Below, in pieces: positions 42,436 to 56,609 of a DNA stretch of 64,000 nt; positions within the stretch are counted from its first letter, which is position 1; every line of letters begins with the position of its first letter. The DNA comes from Octopus vulgaris. Taxonomy: Eukaryota. The stretch spans positions 104,966,001 to 105,030,000 of the forward strand of contig OX597821.1 of NCBI GenBank assembly GCA_951406725.2, written 5' to 3'. Both the position numbers and the translations under genes were made by a program. The notes under the pieces were generated by a model, which did no database searches, had not been told where the DNA came from, and was given only the letters and a program-made list of their open reading frames with translations.

Positions 42436-42519
<84 letters not shown>

Positions 42520-42632
42520 TTGATACTAATTTGTTCTACCCATCATTGTATATTTGTGAAAACAATATTCCAAATTTGAAGATCCTTAGTTTCCAAATGA
42601 GAGATAATACAAGCTTGTTGTTTTTGTTGTTG

Positions 42633-42710
<78 letters not shown>

Positions 42711-42804
42711 ATAGTAGTATTAGTAGTAATTTTTAATACTTATTATCAATGATGATGGTAAGAATATTAATACTAGCAACAACAATGATACTGCTACTAC
42801 TACC

Positions 42805-42858
<54 letters not shown>

Positions 42859-43231
42859 GATGATGATGATAATAATAATAATGTAATTGTTATTATTGTT
42901 GTTGTCCGTGTTATTATTATTATTATTATTATTATTTATGATTTCGCTGTCGCTAAATTGAAAAATGAAAAATGAATTTAATAATCGGCAGAGCGTAATA
43001 CAATCTTTATTGTGATTGTTTCACTCAATTTCCTTGATTATCAAGAAGATCGAAATTATTTTTCCACTGGTACCTATAATAAATACGAGAAAAATATATG
43101 GGGTGGATATAATTGAAACCTGTCCCCACAAGATATCATGTCAATAAGACTCTGTTAGAAAGAGGCGTAATTTTTTCATTGCAATTGTTTTTTCATTACT
43201 ATATTTATTATCATTACTACTAATATTGCTA

Positions 43232-43267
<36 letters not shown>

Positions 43268-43424
43268 TATCATCATCATCATAATCATAATCATCTTTAT
43301 CGTCGTCGCCGTCATCATAATTTAAACTATAAAACTACTAACACTAAATTTGTGAAAAGATTTTCTTGAGTAATTAAATTTACCTCTGCCTCTGATAGTA
43401 ACCACGAGTTTGTTATATAGAAGA

Positions 43425-43820
43425 CTAGCAGTATCGCCCGGCGTTGCTCGGGTTTGTAAGGGAAATAACTATATAAGCATTTTTAGAGATGTAAAGTATA
43501 ATAGCCATCTCAATATGGCTAACCACAAAGGGGGCGTGTTACTGTAGCTTTTTACGTTCTGAGATTTAATAATAACTTTTTAGGGAGTTACTTCCCTTAT
43601 ATATGCCTAAAATGCATTAAAAAATGGGAAAAATTGATGGTAATTTTTTTTTAAATCGTAGACTCATCGCAGACGCGCGCTAATACCCAGAAGGGCTCGA
43701 TATGAATCACAATTATAAGATACCCGGTTTTGGTTACACTCTACCGCAAAATGTGGGAGTAGTTAGGAATCTAAATCGTAGGAGACAGACAGCACACAAC
43801 CTCTCTTTTATATATAAAGA
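43425..43820 (-). mobile_element. Non-autonomous Helitron
   Basis: Minus strand A|TCTTTATATATAAAAG ... hairpin CCCGAGCAACGCCGGG, 8-nt spacer, CTAG|T. Shows the 5'-TC, 3'-CTAG, A/T target and no TSD typical of Helitrons. Confidence 0.85.
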
Positions 43821-44420
43821 TAACACTCGCATAATTTTGCACACGCATGCAATAATTCATTCCTGAATCTTGGTATCAGCTTTTCGCGACATCGTTTTTA
43901 TAATTGTCTTTTTTCCCCTGTTCAAGATTCGTAGAGTTATTTTATGTCTGTCACATTTTGAGAAAAATATATCTGGACTGCTGATATAGCATTAACTCCT
44001 GTTTTAACCTGAACAATACGGAACCTATGTCCACAGAACATTGCCACTTGTGTATATCAGATTTTGAGCATCCTCTGGTGCATTAAGATGTATCATATGC
44101 TGGAAATCTCAACAGTGATACTAAATATAATAGCAAAATCAATTACAATTACACACACATTTTTAAAGAATGAAAGCCATCTTGTCAGATGATAAATATT
44201 ATAAATAAAGCGACTTTCTACATTCCACGTTCATATGACTTTAACACCTCTAGACAAAATACTAAACAGGAGTGGGCAATGATACACGTTTTAGCAAATA
44301 ATACTCAAGTATCTAATCAATAAAGATTAGATTAACCATTTGTATGTTACAAATGAAATACAACTTTGAATAAGATCAACTGATTCAGTAGAAAACTAAC
44401 TTTGCAATTTCGTTTAGAAT

Positions 44421-44813
44421 GTGGTGGTGGAAGCACTCCGTCGGTTACGACGATGAGGGTTCCGGTTGATCCGAATCAACGGAACAGCCTGCTCGTGAAA
44501 TTAACGTGTAAGTGGCTGAGCACTCCACAGACACGTGCACCCTTAACGTAGTTCTCGGGGATATTCAGCGTGACACAGAGAGTGACAAGGCTGGCCCCTT
44601 GAAAATAAAGGTACGACAGAAACAGGAAGTAAGAGTGAGAGAAAGTTGTGGTGAAAGAGTACAGCAGGGATCACCACCATCCCTGCCGGAGCCTCGTGGA
44701 GCTTTGAGGTGTTTTCGCTCAATAAACACTCACAACGCCCGGTCTGGGAATCGAAACCGCGGTCCTATGACCGCGAGTCCGCTGCCCTAACCACTGGGCC
44801 ATTGCGCCTCCAC
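44421..44813 (-). mobile_element. Full-length young tRNA-derived SINE (family D) with a 12-bp TSD
   Basis: A box TGGCCCAGTGG, B box GGTTTCGATTCC, (CCA)n tail. TTCGTTTAGAAT is duplicated at 44409-44420 and 44814-44825. Confidence 0.92.
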
Positions 44814-46117
44814 TTCGTTTAGAATATTCCTCCAGGGAATGTGTGATGACATAAAAAGTCAGTAATGTTATCTTAAAGACGTACTGATTATAGAAAGAGA
44901 CCGAACGTATACTTACAAATAATTAAGAATTAATAACAGACTAAAACCTGCGCAAATGAAATAGCAAAATGAAAATAAAAAAAGAGATTAGGAATTTTAA
45001 ATGAAAACTTTGGAAGAGAGATAAATGCCAATTGTTAAGTAATATACATGACTAATTTTGCGCTTCAGAAATAGATGCTAATATTAGCAAGTGGAAACCG
45101 AAAATCGATTACAATGTGTGCGAAGAAGAGAAAAAAATAATAATTGCGTTCGGATTACACAACCATTGCGTTGACACTGAAGTATTTTGTTTTTCAGAAT
45201 AAAGGTTTATCTGCAATTACAAAGTAATGAAAAGCAAATATTTACAGTAAAATATACAAGAGTATTAAGAAAACTAATATAAAATTTGTGGACAAACGTA
45301 GAAGAAATATTTTCTGTTTTGTAAAAAAGTAGCGAATGTAATCTGAAACTAAGCAAGATGGCACATGTGAAGATAATGGTGAAACAATATGGCAAAGTAT
45401 TAAATAAACGAAAAATTAATTACAAATGGTAAGATAGAATGCACGTCCAATATAAGACAAAACTGAACAAGATGATAAAGCAAAAGTACAAACCAAGGGA
45501 AGAGAAAAGTTTACTATTTGCCAAGAGGAACACAATACATATGTGAACCCATGTGATTTGTAGAGAATTTATTGTATTTTAAATATTAAGATGCGAAACA
45601 ACCAAAATCATATTTAGACGTAAAACGGGGATCACGGCATACAAGCAACGGAAGATATTATGGAGATTGTTTAAAAGGAATTAATTATTATGTTTCTAGC
45701 TTGACAATCATTGTGAAAGTGGTACACATCTGCAGATATTATGAAATTGGTACTTTCTAGCAGTAGAAATTGCTTCTGAGTTGCGAAATAACGAAAGAAA
45801 ATAAACGTTGAATACTATACTTAGACAAAAATAGAAGAACCTACAATTTGTATCATACATTACAAAACCCAAATGGGTATGACACCCCTAACTTATTCCT
45901 AGATAATCTCTTTGAAATAAAAAGGAAAAATGATATCTTATAGACAAAATGTCATTATGGCTCTGCTTACTTTCATTTATTCAACAGTTAGAATAATAAT
46001 AACTATAATAACAACAATAAACTAATGGAAACTGTCGATAGAGAAGAAGCACTTGGAGAATTCTCCACGTGTAATATTGTGGAACATTCTGTAAGACATT
46101 CTTATTCATACATACAA

Positions 46118-46516
46118 GGCGGCGAGCTATCAGAAACGTTAGCACACCGGGCGAAATGCTTAGCAGTAGTTCGTCTGCCGCTACGTTCTGAGTTCAAATT
46201 CCGCCGAGGTCGACTTTGCCTTTCAACCTTTCGGGATCGATAAATTAAGTACCAGTTACACACTGGGGTTGATATGATCGACTTAATCCGTTTGTCTGAC
46301 CTTGTTTGTGCGCTCTGTGTTTAGCTCCTTGTGGGTAGTAAAGAAATAGGTATTTCGCCTGTCTTTACGTTTTGAGGTCACATTCCACCGAGTGCGACTT
46401 TGCATTTCATCCTTTCGGGATCAATTTTCAAAAGAACCATTTGTGTACTGGGAACAATATAATTACCTGGTTCCTCCCCCAAATTTCCGAGCTTTGTGGC
46501 TAGAATAGAAAATATT
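46118..46516 (+). mobile_element. SINE family B, two modules
   Basis: GGCGGCGAGCTATCAGAAACGTTAGCACACCGGGCGAAATGCTTAGC head plus two modules. Confidence 0.88.
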
Positions 46517-47179
46517 CTAATTCATACATACGTGAAATACCTATACTGGAACATTTAATGATAGGATTGTCGATAATGTACGAAGTTATATTTTACACAT
46601 ATTTATGCAACATGTAGTGTGTAATATGTCCCTGTATATTTAGTATCATCGTGTCTGGTAGATTTTAGTTACGTATTAAGATTATTCTGAAGCTTAATAT
46701 GCTTTGTTTCGAAAAGGTTTCTTCTATGCTGAAGTATTCTAATACATAAATATAAATTATCAGAATAATAGACTTCTACATTTGTTAGAATACTTTATCA
46801 TCTTCCGTCTCATACCACTACAAATATGGAACAATTGTTGTAATAATACGAGAAGCGTATGGAAATATGAGAAATTCTTGCACATGAAAGTGAATACATT
46901 AAACCAAAGTGCAGTGCAGAACGGAATATGTAATAACTCTGCAAGGAAATATCGATTGCAGCAATTGTATATGCACGTTTTAGTGCAGTTATACTCATGT
47001 CATGCCCCGGTCATTTAAAGAAACTAATTAATAATAGCACACTAATGAGGAAGCTATTCCAATATCAGATAAATTTTTCCTATAGGTTTTCCAACAGCAT
47101 ACGAGCTAGGTCTTTGATTTAGAAGAGAAGCAAAATGATTACTATTTGTTGCATTAAGATTGGAATTCAGAGCTACAAA

Positions 47180-47458
47180 TGAATACTTATTCAATCGAGC
47201 ATCTTTTTGTCGAACAGCCGGATCACAGGGACATAAACAAAGCAACACCTGCTGTCAGGAGTTTGTGGGGAATAAACATCAAGACTCCTACCCCTTGCTA
47301 TTTAAATCTATAGACAACGGGCTTCTTTCAGTTTCTGTCTACCAACACTGACAAGGCATTTGTCGGCCCAGTTACTATTGCAAAAAGCACACTTGCCGAG
47401 GTTTCCAGAGCCATTGGGTTGGGAAGTAACTGTCTTGTGTCACAACCATTTCTTGACG
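47180..47458 (-). mobile_element. SINE family A, degenerate
   Basis: ACAACGGGCTTCTTTCAGTTTC..CTACCAA..ACAAGGC..TTGTCGGCCC matches the family A body. Confidence 0.7.
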
Positions 47459-48619
47459 CATAAATGAAAATGTGTGTCGAATAAAAAAAAGGAAACAAGA
47501 AAAAACAAAAAAAAAAATTATATGACTTGTATGTGAAAATAATTATCTAACTATATACGATGTACATATACACATAAAAGTTTTTTCTGAAGCCCATCTT
47601 CTCCAGAAGTTGGTAAATTCAACTCAAAAGAAACAAAAATAAATTCTACATTATACAAGAATAAAACTGATATTACTATTTGTTTTGCTTTAAAACTATA
47701 TATGAATATCGAATTGTATTTCAAAGAATTGGTGAATTGTATAAAATTGTAATGTATGGTATAATAGGAACGTGATTGTTATTATTTTAATCTGCATGTA
47801 TATAATATTCTTCGCAATATTTCACAGTATAAATACATGCGTACATCAGTGCGTGTCATTTCCATGGAAGAATACGCTTGTTCTATGCAAAATGCTCACC
47901 ATGTAGTAGAGATTCATATTCAGGTTTTAGTTTTTGATTATATGAAACATATGCAGGTTGCAAAAGAAACTTTAAGAAAATGTAAATAGAAGTGTCAGAT
48001 TCAAATAATTGTATCTCCAGCATAGAACTTGGCAAGCTTCATTAAACAGAATGTCATAAGCCTGCTTTTCTGGAATGGAACACCACAAGACAAGTCACAT
48101 ATTATAAACTTTTAGATATTTACAAGATAGAAATAAACTGTTAAATTCCCCATAGTGCCAAGTGTAGAAGAAATAAAAAGAGAGAGAAAACGAACAATGT
48201 TGTCAGTAAGAGCTTGTGAGCGTACAATTCTTACGGCATTGTTGGAATATTTAACAGGGATATTTTAAGTACTATGTAACTTTATACTATTTGAACGTTC
48301 TTCGTACATATTCTATCAGCTACGGCGTGGCTGCGTGGGTAATATGTTCAGTATAAAATAATTATGTGTTGGGTGGGATTACCGCCAAAGTGTAGAATAG
48401 TGGAAGGTTAATATATCGTCACTGTATAATTGGAATTATACAGCAAAAGCATATACCTGCGGCTAACATATACTCTCACATACACATGCATGCATCCATA
48501 AACATACACACAAGCACACATGCAGTGTTACATACACATACACACATTGTTTCATGCATACACATACAAACATACACGCACGCTCATACATACGCAGGCA
48601 CGCGCAAATCTAAAACATA

Positions 48620-50500
48620 GATAAAACTTAGATATGTTTCGACCAAAGATTGGTCTAGGCCATGTCTAACTTAACAGCACCACCTAATAGGGTTATCTAA
48701 GTCCATTTTAAGTCAAGATTTCTGGTATTGTGACCCATTCAGGTAGTGACTTCTTGTTGATTAAGTTGTGTCCAGATATGGGTGGCTTATCTGGTATTCC
48801 TTGAAGAAATGTATCCAGGCTCCTTTTAAATGTGATGGGACCCTTTTCCAATTTAATCATTTTTGGGACAATGTTAAACATTTCCTGTTGGGGAAAAGAA
48901 ATTTTGTCGCTGTGTACTGATATGTTGTGATCCTGAATTGGGTAGGGGACGTATGGCCCGTGTTCCCAGCATTGGATGAACCTTGAAGTTAATGTTCAGG
49001 TCGTTTGGGCAATGCTGGTGGTATATTCTCCACATCGGGCAAATGATGTAGCGCTCGCGGTGGCGCTGGAGAGAGTAGATTTTCAAGGCTTTATGGCCAT
49101 CCCAGTAACCGAGATCAGTCATGCGATTAATTCGTTTGATGAGTGCTGTCTGTGGTGATTCAATTTTCGAGATGTTTTGCTTTGCGTGGGGAGACCACAG
49201 GGTGCAGCAGTTTTCGAGGTGTGACCGTACAAAGGAGGAGAAAAGTGGACCAATGACTCCTAGTTCTCTGAACCGAAGGTATTTAAGATCCATGAGATCA
49301 ATCTACGAGCTATATCGACCTTATTGTTGATGTGGGCACTTCAACTGTGATTGTTATCAACAATTACACCTAGGTCTATGATATTATTAGATTCTGTGAG
49401 AGGTTCCCTTGAAGGAAGAGAGTATGGCTGTTTTAGCATAGACTTTCCTCCAAAATGCATCAGCTCAAATTATCCCTCGGTTAGTTGCATTTTGTTTTTA
49501 TCTGCCCATTGACTCACCACATAAAGATGAGACTGGAGTTGAGTTCGGTCTGCTTTGATGATTTGCTGGAGCTTAATGTCTTCAGAAAATATTTTGAATT
49601 TGCAGTGATTTACGACGATAAAAAGTTCGCTTGTGTAGATTATAAATAGGAGCGGGCTCAAGACAGTCGCAAGACGCCATCAACCACAACATGTGTTCTA
49701 TTGGCCAGGAAATACTCACTCCAGTGTAGAGGTTTTCCATGGATTTCAACATTTGCCAATTTTGAGAGTAAGATATAATGGTCAAACCTGTCGAACGCTT
49801 TACTGAAGTCAAGATATATGACATCAGAATTCAATGTGATTTAATAGTTGTGTTAGACAGTCACTGCCACAACAAAAGTCATGCTGATTTGCACTTAGGA
49901 ATTTGTGGATCTCCAGGAAGCCAGCTTTCCTTGATATTAACACTCTTTCAAACACTTTAATGTTGTGTGAGGTGAGTGAGATTGGGCGATAGTTAACTGC
50001 AAGGGGTCTGTTTCCCTATTTGAAAACCGGGATCACAGACTGGGTTAGGAGCTATTTCGGTAAATAACTTGAGTCTAAAGAAGTTCACCATAGGTTGGTC
50101 AGAGGGACTGCAAGTTTGTGTCTACAGTCCTTCAGAAGACTAGCGGAGAATCTATCAGGGCCTACAGGAGAATAGTATTTGACCTCATTTATTGCTGCTA
50201 TAATATCTGAGGCAGTGAAGGTTATGTTCGAGCTTTTATGTTGGGAATCAATTTCGTTCATTTCTCTTACGTCAATATCAATGGTATCACTAAACACCAA
50301 TCAGTATTGCTTCTGCAGTATTTTGCCATTCCTTTAGCATCGTGTTGGGGAATGATGTAATCATCGATCAATGGCCCAAAGTGTGAGACAACGGTTCTAT
50401 GCTTATTTGCATAAGAATAGAACACTTTTGGGTTCTGTTTGATGTTTTTGATTACCCACTGCTCGTCTGCAGGCCTTTGAGTTTCAATGGAGGGTTTCAT
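48620..50500 (-). mobile_element. CR1-like LINE, 5'-truncated and frameshifted RT region to 3' end
   Basis: KQNPKVFYSY, SPVGPDRFSASLLKDC..LAVPL, NYRPISLTSH, PLLFIIY..FSEDIKL (FADD decayed), FVRSHLENCCTLWSP, YSLQRHRERY and FKRSLDTFL, then a 3' stem-loop GACCAA-TCT-TTGGTC. Confidence 0.9.
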
Positions 50501-50520
50501 ATATTATTACACACATATAA

Positions 50521-50835
50521 TACTATCTGAATTATCCGGTAATACCTGGAAAAGCGGGATTATTTTTCCGTTTGCATTACCTTGTTTCATGTCTGAGTCT
50601 CTCTATTTGTAGAGTCAAGATTTCGTCCAAACGTTCAAATGCAATATACTGAAATAATTTTCCACATTAAATCCGATTTTGTTATTTATTTCTTCCAGAA
50701 AAAATGCAGTAAATCGTTACTGGGGTTTACATTTTAATCAATGTTATCTAATCAGAAAACAAGATTTGGAAGCTCGCATTTTCTGCAAGATAGTTGTCAA
50801 TCACAAAATGAAGGGAAAATCCTTACGAGGAGGTA
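50521..50835 (-). mobile_element. Possible highly decayed Helitron helicase 3' end
   Basis: Minus remnants DFPFIL and QYIAFERL (compare QLYVAxSR), ending CCAGGTATTACCGG-ATAATTCAGATAG|T, resembling a hairpin plus CTAG. Confidence 0.3.
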
Positions 50836-51060
50836 TTTCGTTTTAACAATTGAAAGAATTACGACGACCATAAGAACTTCTAATGATTTAAAAAGTTTTA
50901 ATGAATAATGTCATATGAAACGGTTGACCAAAACATGTAAATAAATATCATCAACGAACTATTTTACAAAAAATTGTAAAAATATATCCTGATCTAGAGG
51001 CCAATCTGCGGGGGAAGCCATGTACTGACATGGAATTAACAAAAATTTATATAACACATA

Positions 51061-51175
<115 letters not shown>

Positions 51176-52024
51176 GTAGCAGTATTAGTTGTAGCAGTAC
51201 TCTGTATACAATCCTAAGGTTCTTTTGAAAATGGAAACGTAGAATGGAATAGTTTTCTGAAACATTAGAATCTTTAGATGATGTAAAATTCCATATAAAT
51301 GGTATAGTGTTGCAGGTGCAATGTGAAGAAACAACTCCTCTGAATATTCTTATGTCCTTACGTCTTCTAGTTTGATTTGTGTGTTATTTTTCAATATATG
51401 TTAAGAATGATATAGTTTTAGCTATGGAACAAAATATGTTTTATTGTTTCAGTACGTTGGAACAGTTTTAATAAATTACGGTGATCTGAGAACAAATATA
51501 AAATACTTTACTTTTCACTTGTTAACTTTACATCTGTTGTTGGATATATTGGTAAAATTGTTGACTGACCATACAATAGTGAATTCACTAAAGTGCATGC
51601 GTTAACTGATAGGTAAAGATTAAAGAAAAAAAGTATTAAAATTCGCTGTTCTCTTCAGTAAAAACATTCCCCGCTCAGTTCCTGTCTCTCGTTCTCTCTG
51701 TCTCTGTCTCCCATTTTCTGTCTCTTACTGTCTCCACTCTCATTACGACACCACATTTCGTTCAACCTATCATTCTTTGCAGACTTCTTTTATCATATAC
51801 TAGCCCAACCTCCGTAAGAGGACCATTACCGATTTTTATTCAGCTCTAATTAGCCTCTAATTGGACTGGATGTTTCATGAAATTGCCAGTTATATATACG
51901 GTGCATTCAGATAAATACCGCTTATGGCCTTTATTGAGCCAGCATAAATGGGAAAAAAGCACTCACACACTAAAATTTTCTAAGCTATTAAGAAATGATT
52001 CAATTTCGTTTTTTTTACCGAGGC

Positions 52025-52310
52025 ATCATGCAGTCAGGTTGATTGCCCTGGCCGGCCTTACTACCTCACTCCATCCTTATTGATCCCCTATTAGTTGCTT
52101 TTTAAGTGTTCAATTTAGAATCGAACAACTGCAAGCTGTTGTATATACATGTTCCGTGTTCTTCGGGCCGCTGTGGTGCCATGATTTGGTGTCCACAAGC
52201 AACACATTACTCACTACTTCTTCGTTACTACTTCAGCAGTGGTTAGCAAACCTCAATCTCCGCTCTTTGGTGGTTGGTGAGAAAGTTCGTACATTCCTGC
52301 ATAACTGTTG
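52025..52310 (-). mobile_element. RTE/RTE-X-like LINE 3' fragment
   Basis: Minus translation KERRLRFANHC*SSNEEVVSNVLL/WTPNHG...YIQQL. Confidence 0.7.
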
Positions 52311-53010
52311 CTTTAAACGTTAAAGAATGTTTTATAAATGTACGTTACATTTATTTTATGCAACGTACACCTGTATATTTCTGATTTACCGTTATTGCAA
52401 AAGAACGATAGATATATTGACTCAAAAATACTGGGTTGCACGGAATATGTAACGCATTCCCAGCATTCATCCTGAATTATAGCACAAAGTTGAGGGCTCA
52501 CTACCCTGGTGGATTATGATTCTTTTGATATGAAGATTGAGTTATTGCTGGGAATCATTTCATTTACTCTACTAATCTAAGCACGTACACATATAAATGT
52601 TTGCATAGTGACAATATACGTACAAATTAATAAAATTAGTGGCTTATTATTGCGTAGTATATGTAGTACTTGGGCTATTAATTTGAGTATAATTGGAAAG
52701 ACGTTGGTATGTAACTAAAATCTCGTAGACTTATAGCTAAATTAAACAAGAGAATACTAATACAAGAAGTACATGAATAATGAATAATGAATGCGTAAAT
52801 GGTATATACCAAAATAGAATTTATATGAATATAGAAGGAACGATGTTCAGACACCCGGCCAATATTCATATGCATAGATAACAACGATAAAACCCGTAGG
52901 CAGATTGAATTTGGTTTTATTAGTGCTGTAAATATTTAACTTCAATAAATTTAAAGATGGAGTGCAACTATAACCATAGTTTCTACTACTAAAATCTTTG
53001 GCTAATTTCT

Positions 53011-53174
53011 AGCAGGAGTGGCTGTGCGGTAAGTAGCTTGCTTACCAACCACATGATTCCGGGTTCAGTCCCCCACTGCGTGGCACTTTCGGCATGTGTT
53101 TTCCACTATAGCCTCGGCCCGACCAAACCCTTGTGAGTGGATTGGTAGACGGAAACTGAAAGAAGGCTGTCGTG

Positions 53175-53217
<43 letters not shown>

Positions 53218-53452
53218 ATGTGTGTGTGTGTGTGTGTGTGTGTATGTCTGTGTGTGTGTGTGCGTGTGTGTTTGTGTGTCTGTGATTGTCCTGCCAACAT
53301 CGCTTGACAACCGATGCTGGTGTGTTTGGCAAAATAGGCTTACAAAGCCTTAAGTACTAGGCTTACAAAGAATAAGTCTTGGGGTCGATTTGCTCGACTA
53401 AAGGCAGTGATCCAGCATGGCCGCAGTCAAATGACTGAAACAAGTAAAAGAG
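53011..53452 (+). mobile_element. Full-length SINE family A
   Basis: GGAGTGGCTGTGCGGTAAG, B box GGGTTCAGTCC, internal (TA)n(TG)n, tail GACTGAAACAAGTAAAAGAG. Confidence 0.9.
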
Positions 53453-53815
53453 TATACATATATTCATATGTGCACATTGTGCATGCATTCAAATGCATGT
53501 ATTAGAGGCTGTGCACTTACGCGTGCATGTTTACGTGTCTGCATCCTTGCGTGAGTGTGCATGTGTGAATTTGCGTGTATGCGGTTTTTGTAAGTATGGC
53601 ACTCGATTAAGTGAATATGAGATTGCATGCTAGAGGGTTGGGCAATTTGTTAACAATGGAAATGTTTTACTAAAAGAAAAGGGAATCAGATAAGGCGGTG
53701 AAGCACGCGGAAATATCCAAGAATATATACAGCATACAGATGTAAACATTCAGAAACAGGCATACACATACACACGTACACACACAAAGCCACGCACACG
53801 CGCACACAGTATATA

Positions 53816-53848
<33 letters not shown>

Positions 53849-53874
53849 CTTTATTTTAAGCAGCAGAAAATTCA

Positions 53875-53926
53875 ACAAAATCTGTTACTCTGAGTTTCTC
53901 GTTGCCGTTCATCAGACAGTTTTTGC
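53875..53926 (-). ncRNA. Type I hammerhead ribozyme motif
   Basis: GCAAAAA-CUGU-CUGAUGA-ACG-GCAA-CGA-GAA-ACU-CAG-AGU-A-ACAG-AUUUUGU: canonical CUGAUGA/GAAA core, stems I and III paired, GUA triplet. Stem II is closed by an A-A mismatch. Confidence 0.75.
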
Positions 53927-53933
53927 TAGAATG

Positions 53934-53988
<55 letters not shown>

Positions 53989-55057
53989 CACACAACATCT
54001 ACAACAGCTAAGTTAGAGGCATTATTGTTGAAAATAGACCAGTATCTAAAGCATAATATATGGAAACAGGCATCAAAGATTGAATAATCTCAATCTTCAT
54101 AATATCTTTTACTGCATGAAAGTATTAGAAAAAAAGTAAGAATGGATTTTAGAAGGCATCAAGCAATATCTGATACGGGCACACAATATTTACCGAGAAA
54201 TGGAAATGAAGTAGACCAGGCAGCAATACAGAATGTAATCACTTGCATTGTTTTTGTCCCTCGTAGGCTAGATACCTTTAATCTACTCAATGCTGATCGA
54301 AAGAGATCATGAAGCTCATAAACATCACTTATGTCAGCTTGGAGGTAGGTCTGAGACAAAACAAAATGCATGATCTGATATTGAGCTGCAAGTCACTGGT
54401 CATCATACATTTGTTCGCCATGATATAAACTGTAAATCTGGAATTTTGTTAAACAGATACGATATCTTGTCACCAAAATTTCATTCGCAAATGACTATAT
54501 CATTATCCGTGGAGTCAAATCTTGGAACGTGATGTTGTCAACATTTCTTCACTTGTATTATCTTTTCCTGTAGTTTTGAAATATTTTAGCCTTTAACGTT
54601 CAAATCAAGCATATTGATAACATATATAAATAAGGAGTTGTGAGCATGTCTCTTCATATATTTCTATATTAAATCACTTAATATTACCTCCTTACATATC
54701 AAGACTTTGGAACTTGGTCAAAACTGGGGGTAGCACGTACCGCTTTTCTATGTTTTCATGCATTCATCTCCTTCAAATCTGTACAGAACACACATTCAAT
54801 ATCGCAAACTTTTACGCTGTATTAGAAGATAAACATGGTAGACGTTTCGAAATAGCGAACACCCTAATACCAACGAATGTATCAAGTGCTAACTTCGGTG
54901 TGGACAACTTCCCAAAATTATGTATCGCAGAATGCATTACACCAATGAGACGAAATATTTGAAGTTTTCTTATTTTGCCGGATCATCAGCGACATAAGTA
55001 ATAATCAGCTAGCACCAATCGGAATATTTCCAATCTGTTGCCATTAGAAATATATTG

Positions 55058-55416
55058 TTTTTAAATTTTGTCTGAAAGCCAGGAATTTTGGAGAAGGGAT
55101 TCATCGATTACATCAATATCATTGCTCAACTGGTACTTATTTTATCGACACCGAAAGAATTTGGCGCAAATCGACCTTAGCAGAATTTGAACTTAGAACG
55201 TCGCCTGCATATGTAACAGAATATTGGCTTCAAAGTATGGTGCAAGGGCAGAACGTTCGGAGGAGGAGCCAGGTCGATTACATCAACCCCAGTACTCATC
55301 TAGTACTTTATCTCAGCGATCTTGAAATGTTGAAAGGTGACGTCGACCTCGGGGGAATTTGATCAGGCAACGTAAGGCATCCCAGCGCAGTATCGATTGT
55401 TCCAGCGCACTACCTT
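55058..55416 (-). mobile_element. SINE family B, degenerate (two modules or two copies)
   Basis: TCGATTACATCAA...CAACTGGTACTTATTTTATCGAC..GAAAG occurs twice in diverged form. Confidence 0.7.
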
Positions 55417-56171
55417 CATGTGCGACATAATATTGATATCAAAACTAGTTGATTATGAATATGTTAAACTCTTAGAACATGCCATTTAGTTCAAGCTTGT
55501 TCTCTCTCTGAACAACTCCAGTGTCTCATTGGGCTTTCTTAGTTCAATATAATGTCCTTCGTTTTCTATAGGGAGCCTGGTTCATACGAACTATAAGGTT
55601 CTTCTGGTCACCACATTCGTCTCTAATGACCTGAATTCTATAATTAAGTAACCTATTAATAAATCTGATACTTGGTGTGTCATATTTAATCAACAAAATA
55701 TCGGTAAGGATATATAAAGGGCAACGGAATAGAAGAGTTCTGGCACACTAATTTCGTGTCAAGGGGCCAGTCCAATAATAGATGTTCCGCCTGGATATTA
55801 TGCAACATCACATAGTCGGATATAACTTCGAAATGATATAGGTCATAGTGGAAACGAACACAAAATATTTATATTATTGAATGTGAATAAATGAGATAAA
55901 ATTCAATTAATAAAAGGATTTAATTACCTAAAATTCCTCCTGTCATATGCTGACAGGATTCATGAGAGTAATTCTCAAGAGTATTATATAGCAGCAGAAG
56001 CAAATATTATATAGGAAATCACGCAGCGATCGAAATATATTGATTTCTAGCTGTAGGTTATATAGATATTTATAACAAATTCTCACATTCGTCCCATCTA
56101 CCAATAACGTTGGTACATTATTTTTACAAAATCAAAAATTCCCGCCTGTTTAAATTCTAATTATATAATAA

Positions 56172-56490
56172 AAAGGGTAATGACCCCCTTTGACTATGCG
56201 CGACTATGGGATTGCACCTAGAATGGTACCTTCTGAGGCAGAAGTCTGTAAGACCAGCAGTAGCCCCTGCACACCAGCCTCACATCTTCCTTGATGTTAT
56301 ACAAAGTAACGGCAAAGGTCGATAGAGCTTGGAACCAGTGACATCGCAACTCGTTTCTATAGCTGTTTGAACTGGAGCAACGTGAAAGAAAGTGTCTTCC
56401 TCAAGAACAGAGCACACAGCCTGGTCTGAGAATCGAACTAACTGACTCATGTTTGGGAGCATGACGCTCTTACCACTGAGCCACGTGCCT
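56172..56490 (-). mobile_element. tRNA-derived SINE family C, near full length
   Basis: A box TGGCTCAGTGG, B box GTTCGATTC, body TTTCACGTTGCTCCAG, tail CAATCCCATAGTC..AAGGGGGTC. Confidence 0.75.
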
Positions 56491-56609
56491 TATATATTAC
56501 CACTGTGATAAATATAGTATTCCAATGGTATCTTCAAACGGGTAGATCGACGTAGCCTTGATTATTTAGACATACAAGTTGCTTTGGTGTGTGTCACTTG
56601 ATGAGATTA

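Noticed and set aside
44735-44813. tRNA gene
   Set aside because: It has A/B boxes but no proper acceptor stem, and it continues into a SINE body with tail and TSD.
48632-48660. Hairpin plus GAAAC on the minus strand as a hammerhead
   Set aside because: No CUGANGA upstream; better explained as the CR1-like 3' stem-loop.
52601-52620. TTGCATAGTGACA resembling miR-153
   Set aside because: Only the 5' part matches and there is no convincing precursor hairpin.
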